NCBI GenBank assembly: GCA_944372095.1
Contig: CALVYG010000003.1
Coordinates: 21,347 to 85,346 of the forward strand
Direction: 5' to 3'
Source of the DNA: an uncultured Clostridia bacterium
Lineage (GTDB): Bacteria > Bacillota > Clostridia > Christensenellales > DTU072
Length of the DNA stretch: 64,000 bases
The position numbers and the translations under genes were made by a program. Shown here piece by piece: positions 56,201-64,000 of this stretch (positions are counted from its first letter, which is position 1; each line of letters starts with the position of its first letter). Below the pieces are notes generated by a model. That model saw only the letters and a program-made list of their open reading frames with translations, was not told where the DNA came from and searched no databases.

Positions 56201-56546
56201 CCGCTTCGGTTGTAAGTCTTGTTTCCGATTTGCAATACTTAAACGTGCTTCCGCTGAAAACGTTCCCGTCGGATATTTTCACAAAGAAATCGATTTCGGT
56301 ATCTGCCGAAACGTCGAGAGGCTGACTGACTATCTCGAAATTATCGGCGGGGCTCTGCCCTTCGCTTATTCTTGTTCTGACGGACGGAGTCCATTTATAA
56401 TCCTCCGCAGCTTCCGCCGCGCCCGCGCTTACGTCCGTACGCGCGTACGAAAAAAGCGTTACCGCTCCGATTATTGCGATAATCACGGCAATCATTGCCG
56501 TCAACAGGTTCTTTCTCGCCTTCAAAACCATAATTCTACCTTCCAT
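50292..56546 (-). CDS. Giant (2084 aa) beta-rich surface protein with N-terminal signal/anchor and C-terminal TM helix plus basic tail
   Basis: N-terminus LLTAMIAVIIAIIGAVTLFSYA; C-terminus LIYIGAALFGIVILVVIIAGIRHRKF. I recognised no enzymatic motifs. The start could be ATG 56546 or ATG 56531. Confidence 0.85.
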   Translation of the reverse strand: MEGRIMVLKARKNLLTAMIAVIIAIIGAVTLFSYARTDVSAGAAEAAEDYKWTPSVRTRISEGQSPADNFEIVSQPLDVSADTEIDFFVKISDGNVFSGSTFKYCKSETRLTTEADKLGATWITINKNENKVDVTEDGAEVTYIWAETDANVSFYGYVYFRREYTVATGSGTVSNVIEYYPTEFELKYTVSASDYVPTIAGVKARMPGGNPYDGRWLSSSITFEITTGLMEEGGGQAFDPKKELLSYSVDNGKNYIPVTNTNIIEIKNRALVSQVIWFRVTNVSNTKEDIWKYGEAEGEYPVKMDPYLPEFNVTAETVDLSGNRIEYVNNSWTSKQVTFSLQNVSKCCSNVTYTVSVGGGDYIDAIESNTFTTTTGSIKFRATNEAGLVYEYGTAFNVNIDAAKPNVDLSAATTDPDDDTKKKTLTATKDAFGTISFGYANGDIEVYVYNRNASGAAINNASGTVFQYQEKIDGIYSGNWRNMTTQVQSPTGEKGYVLTASTKELISVTRTFKFRIMSNAGLISDEAEATFTLIKSAYLIELGEVTAEINSSGWIADKAVIRVSVPTDSKRGTDGTYSIPTTIYDFYYQATNAVGGEMSARGRAVEFHEEKESEVRWWYEFDLVASADSTFSIYAKNAAGKRSANTETTDDKIRIDVLQPVYNLSAYIHPTENIPQEDYIYLDVENPGWVNGQIVLVLKVRESVSGIYVKEMIYATENGEILKDEQTGEIVWQPRNQQMTVTETVLEKDENGVEWQWYIYRITLNLNEEIGAGEKIYIGSKEYKYRIYTNSGKYTDADFTANIDTSDVIAVSEFNAVSGDKDEKVEISGASGQRYIDMSDYGFSVCEDTNFVFASSIDRENTEDHYIIKYQLFDGEGMNGDQLLDYAQNLTEAYFVTIAAGETMPIAIPADSIGDIYIAIFIESTARDFKGSAIKAGPYVIKLHYDTKNLVITYELEADDNGTDVTEQMQAGQWVKGRLLVTMEIKTDEVGGLKIDSSYTFYYMRLSTLSGGIPSVGWIQVDNGLLVEYEDSYSYEFTLPFSDEGYSGYIAVSVCNGAGYRSKQEAASVMGIKIDNTTPDIDEAITYSRTPSADFAEGVRGDMSTMNVGGEEITVLTYYSTEEISLRSVTDDSRSKISFYYLPLGAEVTELNYNKTDFNLLGSNSAGMFESAGITISDNTYSTVYYGLYAINEVGTEALGAEELSSGAVKLSRVYKFVCDPSEIEGSLRYDEQNGIYSEQTGMFTYLWKDNVYIFASGTGSVAPTGESDYIMFQFSLDNGLSWYNYLDYGVERWFSSGEDVTLSFSPDILREYVDADGSLPFDNGVNGVFMFRARNKAGATKVYGNVYIAMENTEPEFEVILLDKDNLSYYGGEADLTKDPVKWSSGPITIQINTIKMPASGITYMYYLEYNDGSSIISTAEEGSYGKKLTNYTLFSTDTLDGFNLNRDAVLTITAIGNSTSQLHTQEKVRIAVDQVVPEFALTGQAFRQQSSVTELISSGQWTNKDTVSVSKSTIAQNVSEVEYWYTVKNKDSTAAESEPTRWSDSVGSIERSESCVITVTATSKSGLTYVSEFVINIDTTPPIIRFDGGMNVIQGEEYYIDLRVYVEEANIEICEYITIKEETRGFAFSPKGYILSTSSVDNSTRYDKNTGEEYRGYVRVYVKDYAGNEASIDFYVLPFRLTVNNLTLTDEDLAQVDAYEAALDKARIYMDSSRIGYFENLISRLNDRENTLRKEIQGYQDYLERLYNRTSFELRSDYAEMYDYMQTFNDYEIYGKGWIQDAITGDSTSKYYAYYQNFLTQFGKLQALMDEVEKTEDNVIALPAINMVEREDYEDILRVYDEYKNLTLDQRACFTSNLYNKLMDLKESCEVLLLIDEDLGVSIDGDFAPGATINVTEYGSTTDTYTNAQAMLAKTVSETQPRTVVSIYRIALDGAYSQTSASDITVTLPIAEDYRNYIYFSVYELSDDGSVKLINGTEIQPDGRTVKFDTEELSTYVLCVKAEMQQSATTEGTYGTILGLELDTKMLRYLIYIGAALFGIVILVVIIAGIRHRKFLNSYNKAYRNSIYRKGVKGIPKGNKIK

Positions 56547-56763
56547 TCTTTTACCTTTTCAGCCTCTGCAAACCAAAATTCCGTCATCAGAATTCTCACC
56601 GCAGACAATTAGTCAAATATATATTACCATAAATAATATTTTATATCAATACTTTTATAGAATTTTTAAGCCGGTTTCGTGCTGACGCCTTACCTGTTTT
56701 CTTTCGGTTTTCCGCGAGGAATAAAAATTTTTGAAAAAAATTCGCTTTTTATGCAAAAAGTAG

Positions 56764-56792
56764 TTTACAAATGCCACGTTAGTAAATATAAT
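56764..56792 (+). promoter_or_regulatory. Sigma-A-type promoter of the acidic zinc-ribbon gene
   Basis: TTTACA (56764-56769), then 17 nt, then TATAAT (56787-56792). Confidence 0.55.
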
Positions 56793-56848
56793 ATATCCAC
56801 GATTGCGGCACGCAAAATAACGCTTTCTTAAAATTTAAGGAGATAATT

Positions 56849-57349
56849 ATGGCCAAGTATAAAAAATGTCCGCGTTGCGAAATCAATTATATTCTTGAAG
56901 AAGAGGATTACTGCGAAATCTGTAAACAGGAATTGAGCGGCGCCAAACATAACGACGAAGTCGATATCGACGAAGAAGACGATGACGTGGGACTCTGCCC
57001 CGTCTGCCACAAGAATTATCTGAACGACGGTGAAACCGTTTGCGAAATGTGCGCAAGCAGAACCGATTTAGACAAATCTTCTCTTACCGACGATATCGAT
57101 GAGGAAGAACCGGAAGAAAACGAAGATATGTTCAATTCTTCCGAAGACGACGAATGGGAACTCTCTCTCGAAGAGATGCAGGACGAAGAATTCGCGGAAG
57201 ACGAATTCGAAGAAGAAAACGAGGAAGACGAATTCGAAGAAAGCGAAGAAGACGTTGACGATTTTCAAGGCGACCTCGACGTTTCTCTCGACGAGCTTGA
57301 CGAACTCGACGACGATACGGAAGAAGAATCCGAAGAAGAAGACGAATAA
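56849..57349 (+). CDS. Small protein with two N-terminal zinc-ribbon-like CxxC pairs and a ~95-aa poly-acidic tail
   Basis: AAGGAGA SD. CPRC..17 aa..CEIC and CPVC..13 aa..CEMC. The tail is dominated by D/E (EEPEENEDMFNSSEDDEWE...DDTEEESEEEDE). Confidence 0.75.
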   Translation: MAKYKKCPRCEINYILEEEDYCEICKQELSGAKHNDEVDIDEEDDDVGLCPVCHKNYLNDGETVCEMCASRTDLDKSSLTDDIDEEEPEENEDMFNSSEDDEWELSLEEMQDEEFAEDEFEEENEEDEFEESEEDVDDFQGDLDVSLDELDELDDDTEEESEEEDE

Positions 57350-57452
57350 ACCTTTCGACGGAACAGCAATCTCTCTGTAAATTCGGGTTTAGGATACCCG
57401 TTTGTCGTGTTCGGTATCGCCGAAGCGGTTATTTGACTGAAATTTTATAATA

Positions 57453-57490
57453 AAAACGCCCCGCGGCAAATCAGTGCCGCGGGGCGTTTT
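57453..57490. terminator. Bidirectional intrinsic terminator between the convergent 56849..57349 and 57505..60543 genes
   Basis: AAAACGCCCCGCGGC-aaatcagt-GCCGCGGGGCGTTTT, a GC-rich 11-bp core flanked by A- and T-tracts. Confidence 0.8.
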
Positions 57491-57504
57491 GTAATCTTTT
57501 TTCG

Positions 57505-60500
57505 TCAGTTTATTTTCTTGAACTCAAAGAACGACCCGTTATCGGATGCCGAAACGCTTCCCGTTCCGTCATAATAATTCAGTCCGCTGCCGTTTCCGCC
57601 GTTGGATGCGTCAAACGCATAATAGAACTGATGTTTCGATACTTCGCTTGCTCCGCTTTCCGTCGCCGCAAGCACTACCGTGCCGCCGGCAAACGTCAGC
57701 GTGTAGTCCGCTCCGTCAAGATTGAATACGGGAATATAATAGTTTCCGTCTTCCGCAAGAAACGCGGCGTCGGTTTCGGGATTTACGTTCACCGTTATGC
57801 TCCCGCCGAGAATTATCGTAAGATATTCCTGCACGGTACGCGAAGCAAAATTCTCTCCTTGGTATGCCGCGACAAATTCCGCGATGCTGTTATACGTTCC
57901 TCCGGCAAGAGTTACCGTCGGGTCCGCAATAAGCGCGTAATTTGCTTTCGGCACTCCTTCTTCTATCACTATCGGCTCGTCCACAAATCCGATTATCCCC
58001 TCTATCATTCCGTTTAGATTGCTGTTCCATATAAATGCGCGCTGTTCTTTCGGCGTTTTTGTCATATCGAATTTTTCTCCCGAAGCGTCGATTACCCCTA
58101 TCCCTGCAAGTTTTGCAAGCGACGAATCCTTTATCTTGGTTGCCATTTCTCCGCTTATTTCTTTTATGCTCGTATCAGCCGAAAGCAGACTCAGCACGCC
58201 CTCAGACATTTCCTCTTCGGTGAATATGTCTCCGAGCGCAAGCGTATCGAGTCTGGTATTGAGTCCGATTATCGGACGGTCGTATCCGTCGTAATATTTT
58301 GTTTCGTATACCTCGTAATATTCTTCCCCTTCTATCGTTATCGTTACGGGAATTCCGTTTTCCGTTATGCAAACATAAGGAATCGGCGTTCCGTCGCTAT
58401 CGGTTACATATACATACAGATATCCGTCAAGCTGTCTTGCAATATATTCCTCCCCGGGTACGGTTCCGTCGGCTTCCGCTTTGTTTACGGCGGTTTTTCT
58501 GTCTCTTAACGCCGCATATTCTATCGATTGAAGAACAGGAGCGCTGCTTTCGGTTATATCTATCATTTCGTCCATAAACAGCTTGTTTACCGTTTCGTCC
58601 ATCTCCTCCACGCGCGTATTTTTAAGGCTGCGCATAAGCGGAGTCGTGTTCGGGTCGTTTTCGTCTATTTCCACGACTTCTCCGAACGTTATGGTCTTCA
58701 TTTTGTCGTCAAGACCGATTAACGGGATGTATTTTCCGTTATAAAGTCTTGTTTCGTATAATTTGTACTTTCCGCCTTCCGTAACGGCGCTACCCTTTTC
58801 GTCTTCCACGCATACGTAAGCCAGTCCGAGCGCGGAATATTTATAGATATATCCTTCTTTTTCGTAAGAAACATAATCGGGATTGTTCATCCGGTATATT
58901 TCCGTCGATTCGTCCAATGCGGCAATGTCAATGTACGCAATCGCGCTTTCGAGCGACGATTCGCTGAGCGACTTCATCGTCTGCGTCGCCGTTTCTCCTA
59001 TAAGTTCTCCGACAAAAAGCTCTTTTACTCTGTCGTCCACGCTCGACAACGGCCGATAAAAACCGTCGTATTCCTTTGTCGCGATAAGTACGTAGTTCCC
59101 GTCGGGCGTTGTTTCTATTGTTCCGTTTTCACCGATTTTCGCCACGTACGGAACATATCCGCCTTTTCCGTCCGACAAATATCTGTACACGTATCCTTCA
59201 AGTTCTTTCTCGGGTTCGCCGTAATCAATAAATTCCGCTCCGCTTGCGGTGACGGTTATCGTTTCCAGCGACGCATATTTCAATGCCACAAGCGTTTTAC
59301 TCGATTCTTCCGTGATATTCATTACTTCGTCAAGGAACAATTTTTTAACGTCTTCCGAAATACTGCCGAGAGTGCTGTCTTTCAGACTCCACATCAGTTT
59401 ATCGTCTTCCGTAACTTCGATTATGTCTCCTATTTTTGAAGTTTTAACAGTATCGTTTATTCCTATAAGCGGATAATTCTTCCGTTCCGCTCCTTCTCCC
59501 GAAAGTTTGGTTTCGTAGCAAAGATAAGTTCCCGTTTCGGCGTCGAAAACTTTTTCGCCGTTCTCGATAACGTGGACATACGCCGTTCCGTCGGAAGCGT
59601 ATATGTATTCATAGCCTTCTTTTTCGAGACCGGCAGCGTCCGCATACGCCGCGCTCAGCCGGAACTCTTCGTTCTGTAAATCGTACGACGCTTTATCGAG
59701 CTTCACCGTCACGCTTTCTATCGACGCATATTTCATCGACTGCAATATTTTTTCCGAATTTTCGTCGATATTCATTATTTCGCCTATAAACAGCGCGTTT
59801 ATTATTCCGTCCGCTTCTTCTCCGCCGAGTTCGCCAATTTTGGTGTCTTTAAGCGCAATCAGAACGGAATTGCTTTCGTTCTCGTCGATTTCGATTACGT
59901 CCGACAGTTTCAGACCGTTGATTTTATCGGTAAGCGCTTCACCGCCGAGTTCGTCTATCGTCAAATCCTGTATCGCCACAAGAACCGCATTGCTTTCGTT
60001 TTCGTCGATTACGACAAACTGGTTGAGCTGCCTTTGAGAAAGATTTTCAAAAGCGTCCGCAAGCGGCGTGGAAAGAAATTCGCGGTCGGTGAAAAGAGGC
60101 ATATCCGGAAATGCCACGTCGAATTTTTCACCGACTTTTTCAACCGTAAGAGAATTGCTTATAGTCGCGCCCAAATCGCTGAAAGTACTGTCTTTAACGG
60201 CAGAGGCCTCCACTCCGACCGTCTCGTATAAAGCGTTGCTTATTACGGGATAGCCTACAAGTCCTTCAAGCTGCCCGACAGTAGTAACGCTCATATCGGA
60301 AATGGCTGCAAGGAATTCCTTTCCCCATTCCAAAACGGTTTTATTCTTTATTTCGTCGGAAAAATCCAGTTCGACGCCTTCGGGCAGCATTCCGCCTACA
60401 CTTTCTTCAATCTGCCCGACAGTCGCTTTTGTCAGAACAAAATATAATCCTCCGACAATTCCGCCCAGCGCGATAACCATTCCGAGAATTATGCATAACA

Positions 60501-60543
60501 ATACTAGAAAAATTTTGCCTATAACACTTCCGGTAAACTTCAT
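57505..60543 (-). CDS. Membrane-anchored 1012-aa protein built of repeated modules
   Basis: GAGGAGAAAA SD. N-terminal hydrophobic segment IGKIFLVLLCIILGMVIALGGIVGGLYFVL. Short repeats IDENESNxVLxAxxDxxIxELGGE, and four larger modules of the form 'LF.DE.M.I.E.S...L.S..YA....' followed by 'EGY.Y.Y......Y.....E.G.......Y.LYETK.Y.G.Y.PLIG'. Confidence 0.8.
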   Translation of the reverse strand: MKFTGSVIGKIFLVLLCIILGMVIALGGIVGGLYFVLTKATVGQIEESVGGMLPEGVELDFSDEIKNKTVLEWGKEFLAAISDMSVTTVGQLEGLVGYPVISNALYETVGVEASAVKDSTFSDLGATISNSLTVEKVGEKFDVAFPDMPLFTDREFLSTPLADAFENLSQRQLNQFVVIDENESNAVLVAIQDLTIDELGGEALTDKINGLKLSDVIEIDENESNSVLIALKDTKIGELGGEEADGIINALFIGEIMNIDENSEKILQSMKYASIESVTVKLDKASYDLQNEEFRLSAAYADAAGLEKEGYEYIYASDGTAYVHVIENGEKVFDAETGTYLCYETKLSGEGAERKNYPLIGINDTVKTSKIGDIIEVTEDDKLMWSLKDSTLGSISEDVKKLFLDEVMNITEESSKTLVALKYASLETITVTASGAEFIDYGEPEKELEGYVYRYLSDGKGGYVPYVAKIGENGTIETTPDGNYVLIATKEYDGFYRPLSSVDDRVKELFVGELIGETATQTMKSLSESSLESAIAYIDIAALDESTEIYRMNNPDYVSYEKEGYIYKYSALGLAYVCVEDEKGSAVTEGGKYKLYETRLYNGKYIPLIGLDDKMKTITFGEVVEIDENDPNTTPLMRSLKNTRVEEMDETVNKLFMDEMIDITESSAPVLQSIEYAALRDRKTAVNKAEADGTVPGEEYIARQLDGYLYVYVTDSDGTPIPYVCITENGIPVTITIEGEEYYEVYETKYYDGYDRPIIGLNTRLDTLALGDIFTEEEMSEGVLSLLSADTSIKEISGEMATKIKDSSLAKLAGIGVIDASGEKFDMTKTPKEQRAFIWNSNLNGMIEGIIGFVDEPIVIEEGVPKANYALIADPTVTLAGGTYNSIAEFVAAYQGENFASRTVQEYLTIILGGSITVNVNPETDAAFLAEDGNYYIPVFNLDGADYTLTFAGGTVVLAATESGASEVSKHQFYYAFDASNGGNGSGLNYYDGTGSVSASDNGSFFEFKKIN

Positions 60544-60591
60544 ATTTTCTCCTCGGCGTACACGTTCCCCCTTATGACGCCTTAATTATAT

Positions 60592-61512
60592 TCAAAACGG
60601 TTTTCCCGTAAAAACTCTCGCCGTACCGGTTATAAACCGCGCCGCCGTTTCCGCTTCCTCTTCTCCTGCCGTGGTCGTTCCGAATCTGCCTATCAGACCG
60701 GCTATCGCCTCCTGCATATTGGTAGACTGTACGAGGAAATTGTATAAGAAGTTGTTTTCGTAAAGCAGTTTTGTAAGCGTAGAAGAATTTATAACTTCGT
60801 TTACGGGGATAATCCAGGTATAAGTTCCGAGCAGTCTGATAACCGCAAGCACGCCCCATATAAGAACCATAGCAAGCGCCGCGCCCACAATAAATCCCAG
60901 TACCTTGTCCACAAAATGTCCGATGTACGTTCCGTGAACGAGTTTTTTAACGAAATACATCAGAATTCTGACGATGATATAACAAAGTATCCACAGGATT
61001 ATAAATACGACCGCCAACATAATATAAACGATAGCCGCCGTTGACAACGCCTGAGCAAGCGTAACGGTTTTCGCCGCCGCGCCTTCTTCCCCTGCCTCGG
61101 GATAAAGTATCGAAAGAGTGTTGTCGTTCGTGATAACCGAATCCAATATTCCGCCCAACATCGAATACTGCGTTGTTTTCAGATATTCGGTAATGCTTTC
61201 GTAAATGTCCGCTCCGTGTGTTATCGCCACCGTTCCGTCGGGATTGAACGTAATTTCCACGTTTGACGCGTCGAGTTCGGCGGGAATGACGTTTTGTATC
61301 GGCTCGTCGAGAGCATTGTATACATAATCGTCGATGTTTGTCTTGTCTATCAACAACGACGTTACGGTAGACGCCAGTACGATTGCCAGCACCAATGCCG
61401 CTATTCCGGAAACCAACCCGAATATAAGTTTATACATTCCGCGCCATAATCCGAAAATTATCAGCAGTACGGCAACCACTACGACTATCACGTCAAGTAT
61501 TAACCCGTTCAT
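60592..61512 (-). CDS. cvpA: CvpA-family membrane protein with an enlarged extracytoplasmic loop
   Basis: GAGGAGGA SD. MNGLILDVIVVVVAVLLIIFGLWRGMYKLIFGLVSGIAALVLAIVLAS is the typical CvpA N-terminus. Further TM helices follow. Confidence 0.7.
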   Translation of the reverse strand: MNGLILDVIVVVVAVLLIIFGLWRGMYKLIFGLVSGIAALVLAIVLASTVTSLLIDKTNIDDYVYNALDEPIQNVIPAELDASNVEITFNPDGTVAITHGADIYESITEYLKTTQYSMLGGILDSVITNDNTLSILYPEAGEEGAAAKTVTLAQALSTAAIVYIMLAVVFIILWILCYIIVRILMYFVKKLVHGTYIGHFVDKVLGFIVGAALAMVLIWGVLAVIRLLGTYTWIIPVNEVINSSTLTKLLYENNFLYNFLVQSTNMQEAIAGLIGRFGTTTAGEEEAETAARFITGTARVFTGKPF

Positions 61513-61859
61513 TTATCCTCCTCACGTCGCTTCCCCTGAAACCGAGGAAACACTTACAACTTTTAACTTGTATATCAAATATTATACCTTTACGCGCGTT
61601 TCTAGTCAAGAGAAAATTTCGCGCACGCGTACCGCAACCCGCGCGAGCTACTTTTTTTAACGGAAAATTTACCCGCCGCTCCGTTTTCGACGTTTTTGTT
61701 TTCTGTTCGATTATTGCCTGTAAAGGTACTTAATTATTGCGAACGGGGATTCCTTATCCGTAAATTAAGTTATAAATATTTTATTTTGACATTTCCGCAA
61801 TATACAAAATTTACCTTTTAATCGGAATAAAAAAAAACAAATCGGCAATCATCACGGTT

Positions 61860-62336
61860 ATGAGAATCACAGTCCCGAAACCGGTAGTAATCTGTATAGG
61901 CACGCCCAAAGTGCGCGGAGACAGTCTCGGCCCTCGCGTCGGAGACATCCTGATAGAAGAATATAAACTCGACGCGTATGTATACGGTCGGACGCGTTCG
62001 CCCGTAACGGGTCTGAACTGCAACAAGTATTTCGAACATATCCGCACCCACCATGCGCAAAGTCTCATAGTAGCGGTAGACGCGTGCCTGGGGAAAAGTT
62101 CGGATGTCGGTAAAATCAAATATTCCCTCGAAGGCTTGCGTGCGGGAAGCGCGCTCGGGAAAATTCTCGGCAAATTCGGCGACGTCGGATTTCTCGGCGT
62201 CGTCGCGCCGAAATCCGAAGATAACCTCGGCTCCCTTCAAAACGCCGATGACCTCGCCGTAGATATTCTTTCAAGAAAAATCGCAAAAAAAATTCAAAAT
62301 CTGATAGAAAATTTAAGGTTGAGTTATAATTTCTGA
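61860..62336 (+). CDS. yyaC: Sporulation protein YyaC (putative spore protease, DUF1256)
   Basis: VVICIGTPKVRGDSLGPRVG...LIVAVDACLGKSSDVGKI matches, from memory, the B. subtilis YyaC core (VIVCIGTDRSTGDSLGPLVG...VIAVDACLGR). Confidence 0.85.
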   Translation: MRITVPKPVVICIGTPKVRGDSLGPRVGDILIEEYKLDAYVYGRTRSPVTGLNCNKYFEHIRTHHAQSLIVAVDACLGKSSDVGKIKYSLEGLRAGSALGKILGKFGDVGFLGVVAPKSEDNLGSLQNADDLAVDILSRKIAKKIQNLIENLRLSYNF

Positions 62337-62442
62337 CGTACACTCCACTTAAAGTGTCGTAATAAAGATTAAACCGTTTGCTTTATCGGAATATTTTTGT
62401 TATACTGATTTATAATATTTTATACGGAAAAGAGGACATCAA

Positions 62443-64000
62443 GTGGATACAAAACCCAATAACAACAAAAGAACGATATTTATCATAATCGCCTTGATAA
62501 TCTGCGTGGTGATAGTGGCATTGCTGATATCCAATCTCAACCGCACGGCAACAAAATCATACAGCGAAATGTGGAACGATATACAGAGCGGAAACGTAAC
62601 GGAAATTGCGTTTACCGATTCGTATTCCGTAACCGTAACGCTGAAAGTCGGAACGGGCGATAACGGAAAACCCGTTACGGAAAAATATAACGTAATAGTC
62701 GTTTCGAGAACGCTTGCCGACGAAGTAAAAGCATATTGCGAAGCAAATAACCTCACCGTGCCGAAAATAACGTTGACCAATCCCAACAGCGGAACGTCGT
62801 GGTCAACGATAATTTCCATACTGAGTTTCGTGATAATAGCTGTGCTTGCGATTATTCTCATAATGGGAATGCGCGGAAAAGGCGGCAACGGCGCGCTCAC
62901 GTTCGGAAAAACCAAACCGAGAATAGCGTCAAACGTAAAAATAAGATTTTCCGACGTAGCAGGAGCGGAAGAAGAAAAGACCGAACTCTGCGAAATCGTC
63001 GATTTTCTTAAAAATCCGAAAAAATTCATCGATATCGGAGCAAAAATACCTCGCGGAGTATTGCTTGTAGGTCCTCCGGGAACAGGTAAAACGCTATTTG
63101 CAAAAGCGGTTGCCGGCGAAGCCAACGTACCGTTTTTCAGCATATCGGGAAGCGATTTCGTTGAAATGTTCGTAGGCGTGGGAGCAAGCAGAGTACGCGA
63201 TTTGTTCGCACAGGCGAAGAAAAATATGCCCTGTATAATATTTATCGACGAAATCGACGCCGTGGGCCGCCAGAGAGGCGCGGGACTCGGCGGAGGTAAC
63301 GACGAAAGAGAGCAAACCCTTAACCAGCTTCTCGTACAGATGGACGGATTTGAAACCAACGACGGAATAATCGTAATGGCTGCGACAAACAGAGCGGATA
63401 TTCTTGACCCCGCCCTGCTCCGTCCCGGCAGATTCGACCGCCAGATATACGTCAATATCCCCGACGTCAAAGGCAGAGAAGCCATATTCAAAGTTCACGC
63501 ACGCAACAAGCCTATAAGTCCCGACGTGGACTTCCGTACCCTCGCCCGTATGACAAGCGGGTTCAGCGGCGCGGATATAGCGAATCTTCTTAACGAAGCG
63601 GCCATTCTCGCCGCGCGCAACAACAGAAAAATCATTATAATGCACGATATCCTCGAAGGCATAAACAAAGTTATTGCCGGACCGCAGAAAAAATCGAGAG
63701 TAATAACCGAAAGCGATAAACGTATAACGGCATATCACGAAGCGGGACACGCAATAGTAGGCAGACTAATGAAATATTGCGACGCGGTTCAGGAAGTCAG
63801 TATCATTCCGAGAGGAATGGCGGCAGGATATACGTTAAGCCGTCCCAAGAACGACAACAGCCACGTCACCAAAAACAAACTCAACGACCAGATAGCAATG
63901 ATGCTCGGCGGCAGAGCAAGCGAAGCGATAGTTATATGCGATATATCGACAGGCGCGAGCAACGATATAAAGCGCGCGTCGGAAATTGCGCGGAAAATGG
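62443..64000 (+). CDS. ftsH: ATP-dependent zinc metalloprotease FtsH (3' end beyond the window)
   Basis: Not in the track because it is edge-truncated. GTG 62443 follows AAGAGGA. Two TM helices, [66 protein letters not shown], and the zinc site HEAGHAIVG. Confidence 0.97.
   Translation, partial: MDTKPNNNKRTIFIIIALIICVVIVALLISNLNRTATKSYSEMWNDIQSGNVTEIAFTDSYSVTVTLKVGTGDNGKPVTEKYNVIVVSRTLADEVKAYCEANNLTVPKITLTNPNSGTSWSTIISILSFVIIAVLAIILIMGMRGKGGNGALTFGKTKPRIASNVKIRFSDVAGAEEEKTELCEIVDFLKNPKKFIDIGAKIPRGVLLVGPPGTGKTLFAKAVAGEANVPFFSISGSDFVEMFVGVGASRVRDLFAQAKKNMPCIIFIDEIDAVGRQRGAGLGGGNDEREQTLNQLLVQMDGFETNDGIIVMAATNRADILDPALLRPGRFDRQIYVNIPDVKGREAIFKVHARNKPISPDVDFRTLARMTSGFSGADIANLLNEAAILAARNNRKIIIMHDILEGINKVIAGPQKKSRVITESDKRITAYHEAGHAIVGRLMKYCDAVQEVSIIPRGMAAGYTLSRPKNDNSHVTKNKLNDQIAMMLGGRASEAIVICDISTGASNDIKRASEIARKM

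Noticed and set aside
61513-61859. Possible small RNA or tRNA in the cvpA-yyaC intergenic region, and likewise in 56547-56848
   Set aside because: I could find no cloverleaf-compatible arms, no conserved T-loop (GTTCRANNC) and no convincing hairpin/terminator pair. The regions probably hold only promoters.
62439-63750. Long minus-strand ORFs (350 aa at 62439..63491; 218 aa at 63094..63750)
   Set aside because: They lie antisense to an unmistakable ftsH reading frame (Walker A/B, HEAGH). Their low-complexity S/P/L/R-rich translations are typical shadow ORFs.

Overview
The window looks like chromosome from a spore-forming Clostridia-type Firmicute. This is an inference from GGAGG Shine-Dalgarno sites, yyaC, a SpoVK-type ATPase core, a BclA-like collagen protein, type III glutamine synthetase, an ANTAR regulator and BspA-LRR/MBG surface proteins. 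The ORF track omits the two edge-truncated genes (1-1600 minus; ftsH 62443-64000 plus). It also accepts TTG/GTG starts, so I re-evaluated several starts against SD sites, promoters and terminators. (A) 1-30.2 kb is one co-directional minus-strand array of 15 genes behind a perfect sigma-A-type promoter (30166-30194), with no gap above 56 bp. In transcription order it encodes: an SPFH/YdjI-like zinc-ribbon protein; a coiled-coil protein; two Snf7/ESCRT-III-like paralogues; a MIT-domain AAA+ ATPase; a third Snf7-like paralogue; and a MIT + RuvB-like AAA+ + PD-(D/E)xK nuclease fusion. All three Snf7-like paralogues end in MIM1-like C-terminal helices. Downstream come a beta-rich orphan, an SNF2 helicase with two Cys-rich partners, two giant membrane-anchored LRR/MBG surface proteins with a small orphan gene between them, and a zinc-ribbon/TIR-like protein. 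This MIT/MIM-wired ESCRT-III-like module, coupled to DNA-acting enzymes, is my main candidate for an undescribed system. (B) 30.9-48.1 kb is ordinary metabolism. It holds an SNF-family Na+ transporter, a collagen-like protein, a glnN / amt-PII fusion / asnB operon, and a divergent split (archaeal-type) glutamate synthase operon with a GS-I-like gene, an ANTAR response regulator and pyrG. Both nitrogen operons start with a promoter followed by a leader terminator. (C) 48.1-64 kb holds an NlpC/P60 lipoprotein, rmuC, a 2084-aa surface protein, an acidic zinc-ribbon protein, a 1012-aa repeat protein, cvpA, yyaC and ftsH (partial). I recognised no rRNA, tRNA, CRISPR array, transposase or integrase. 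All functional calls come from reading motifs by eye; no database search was possible.
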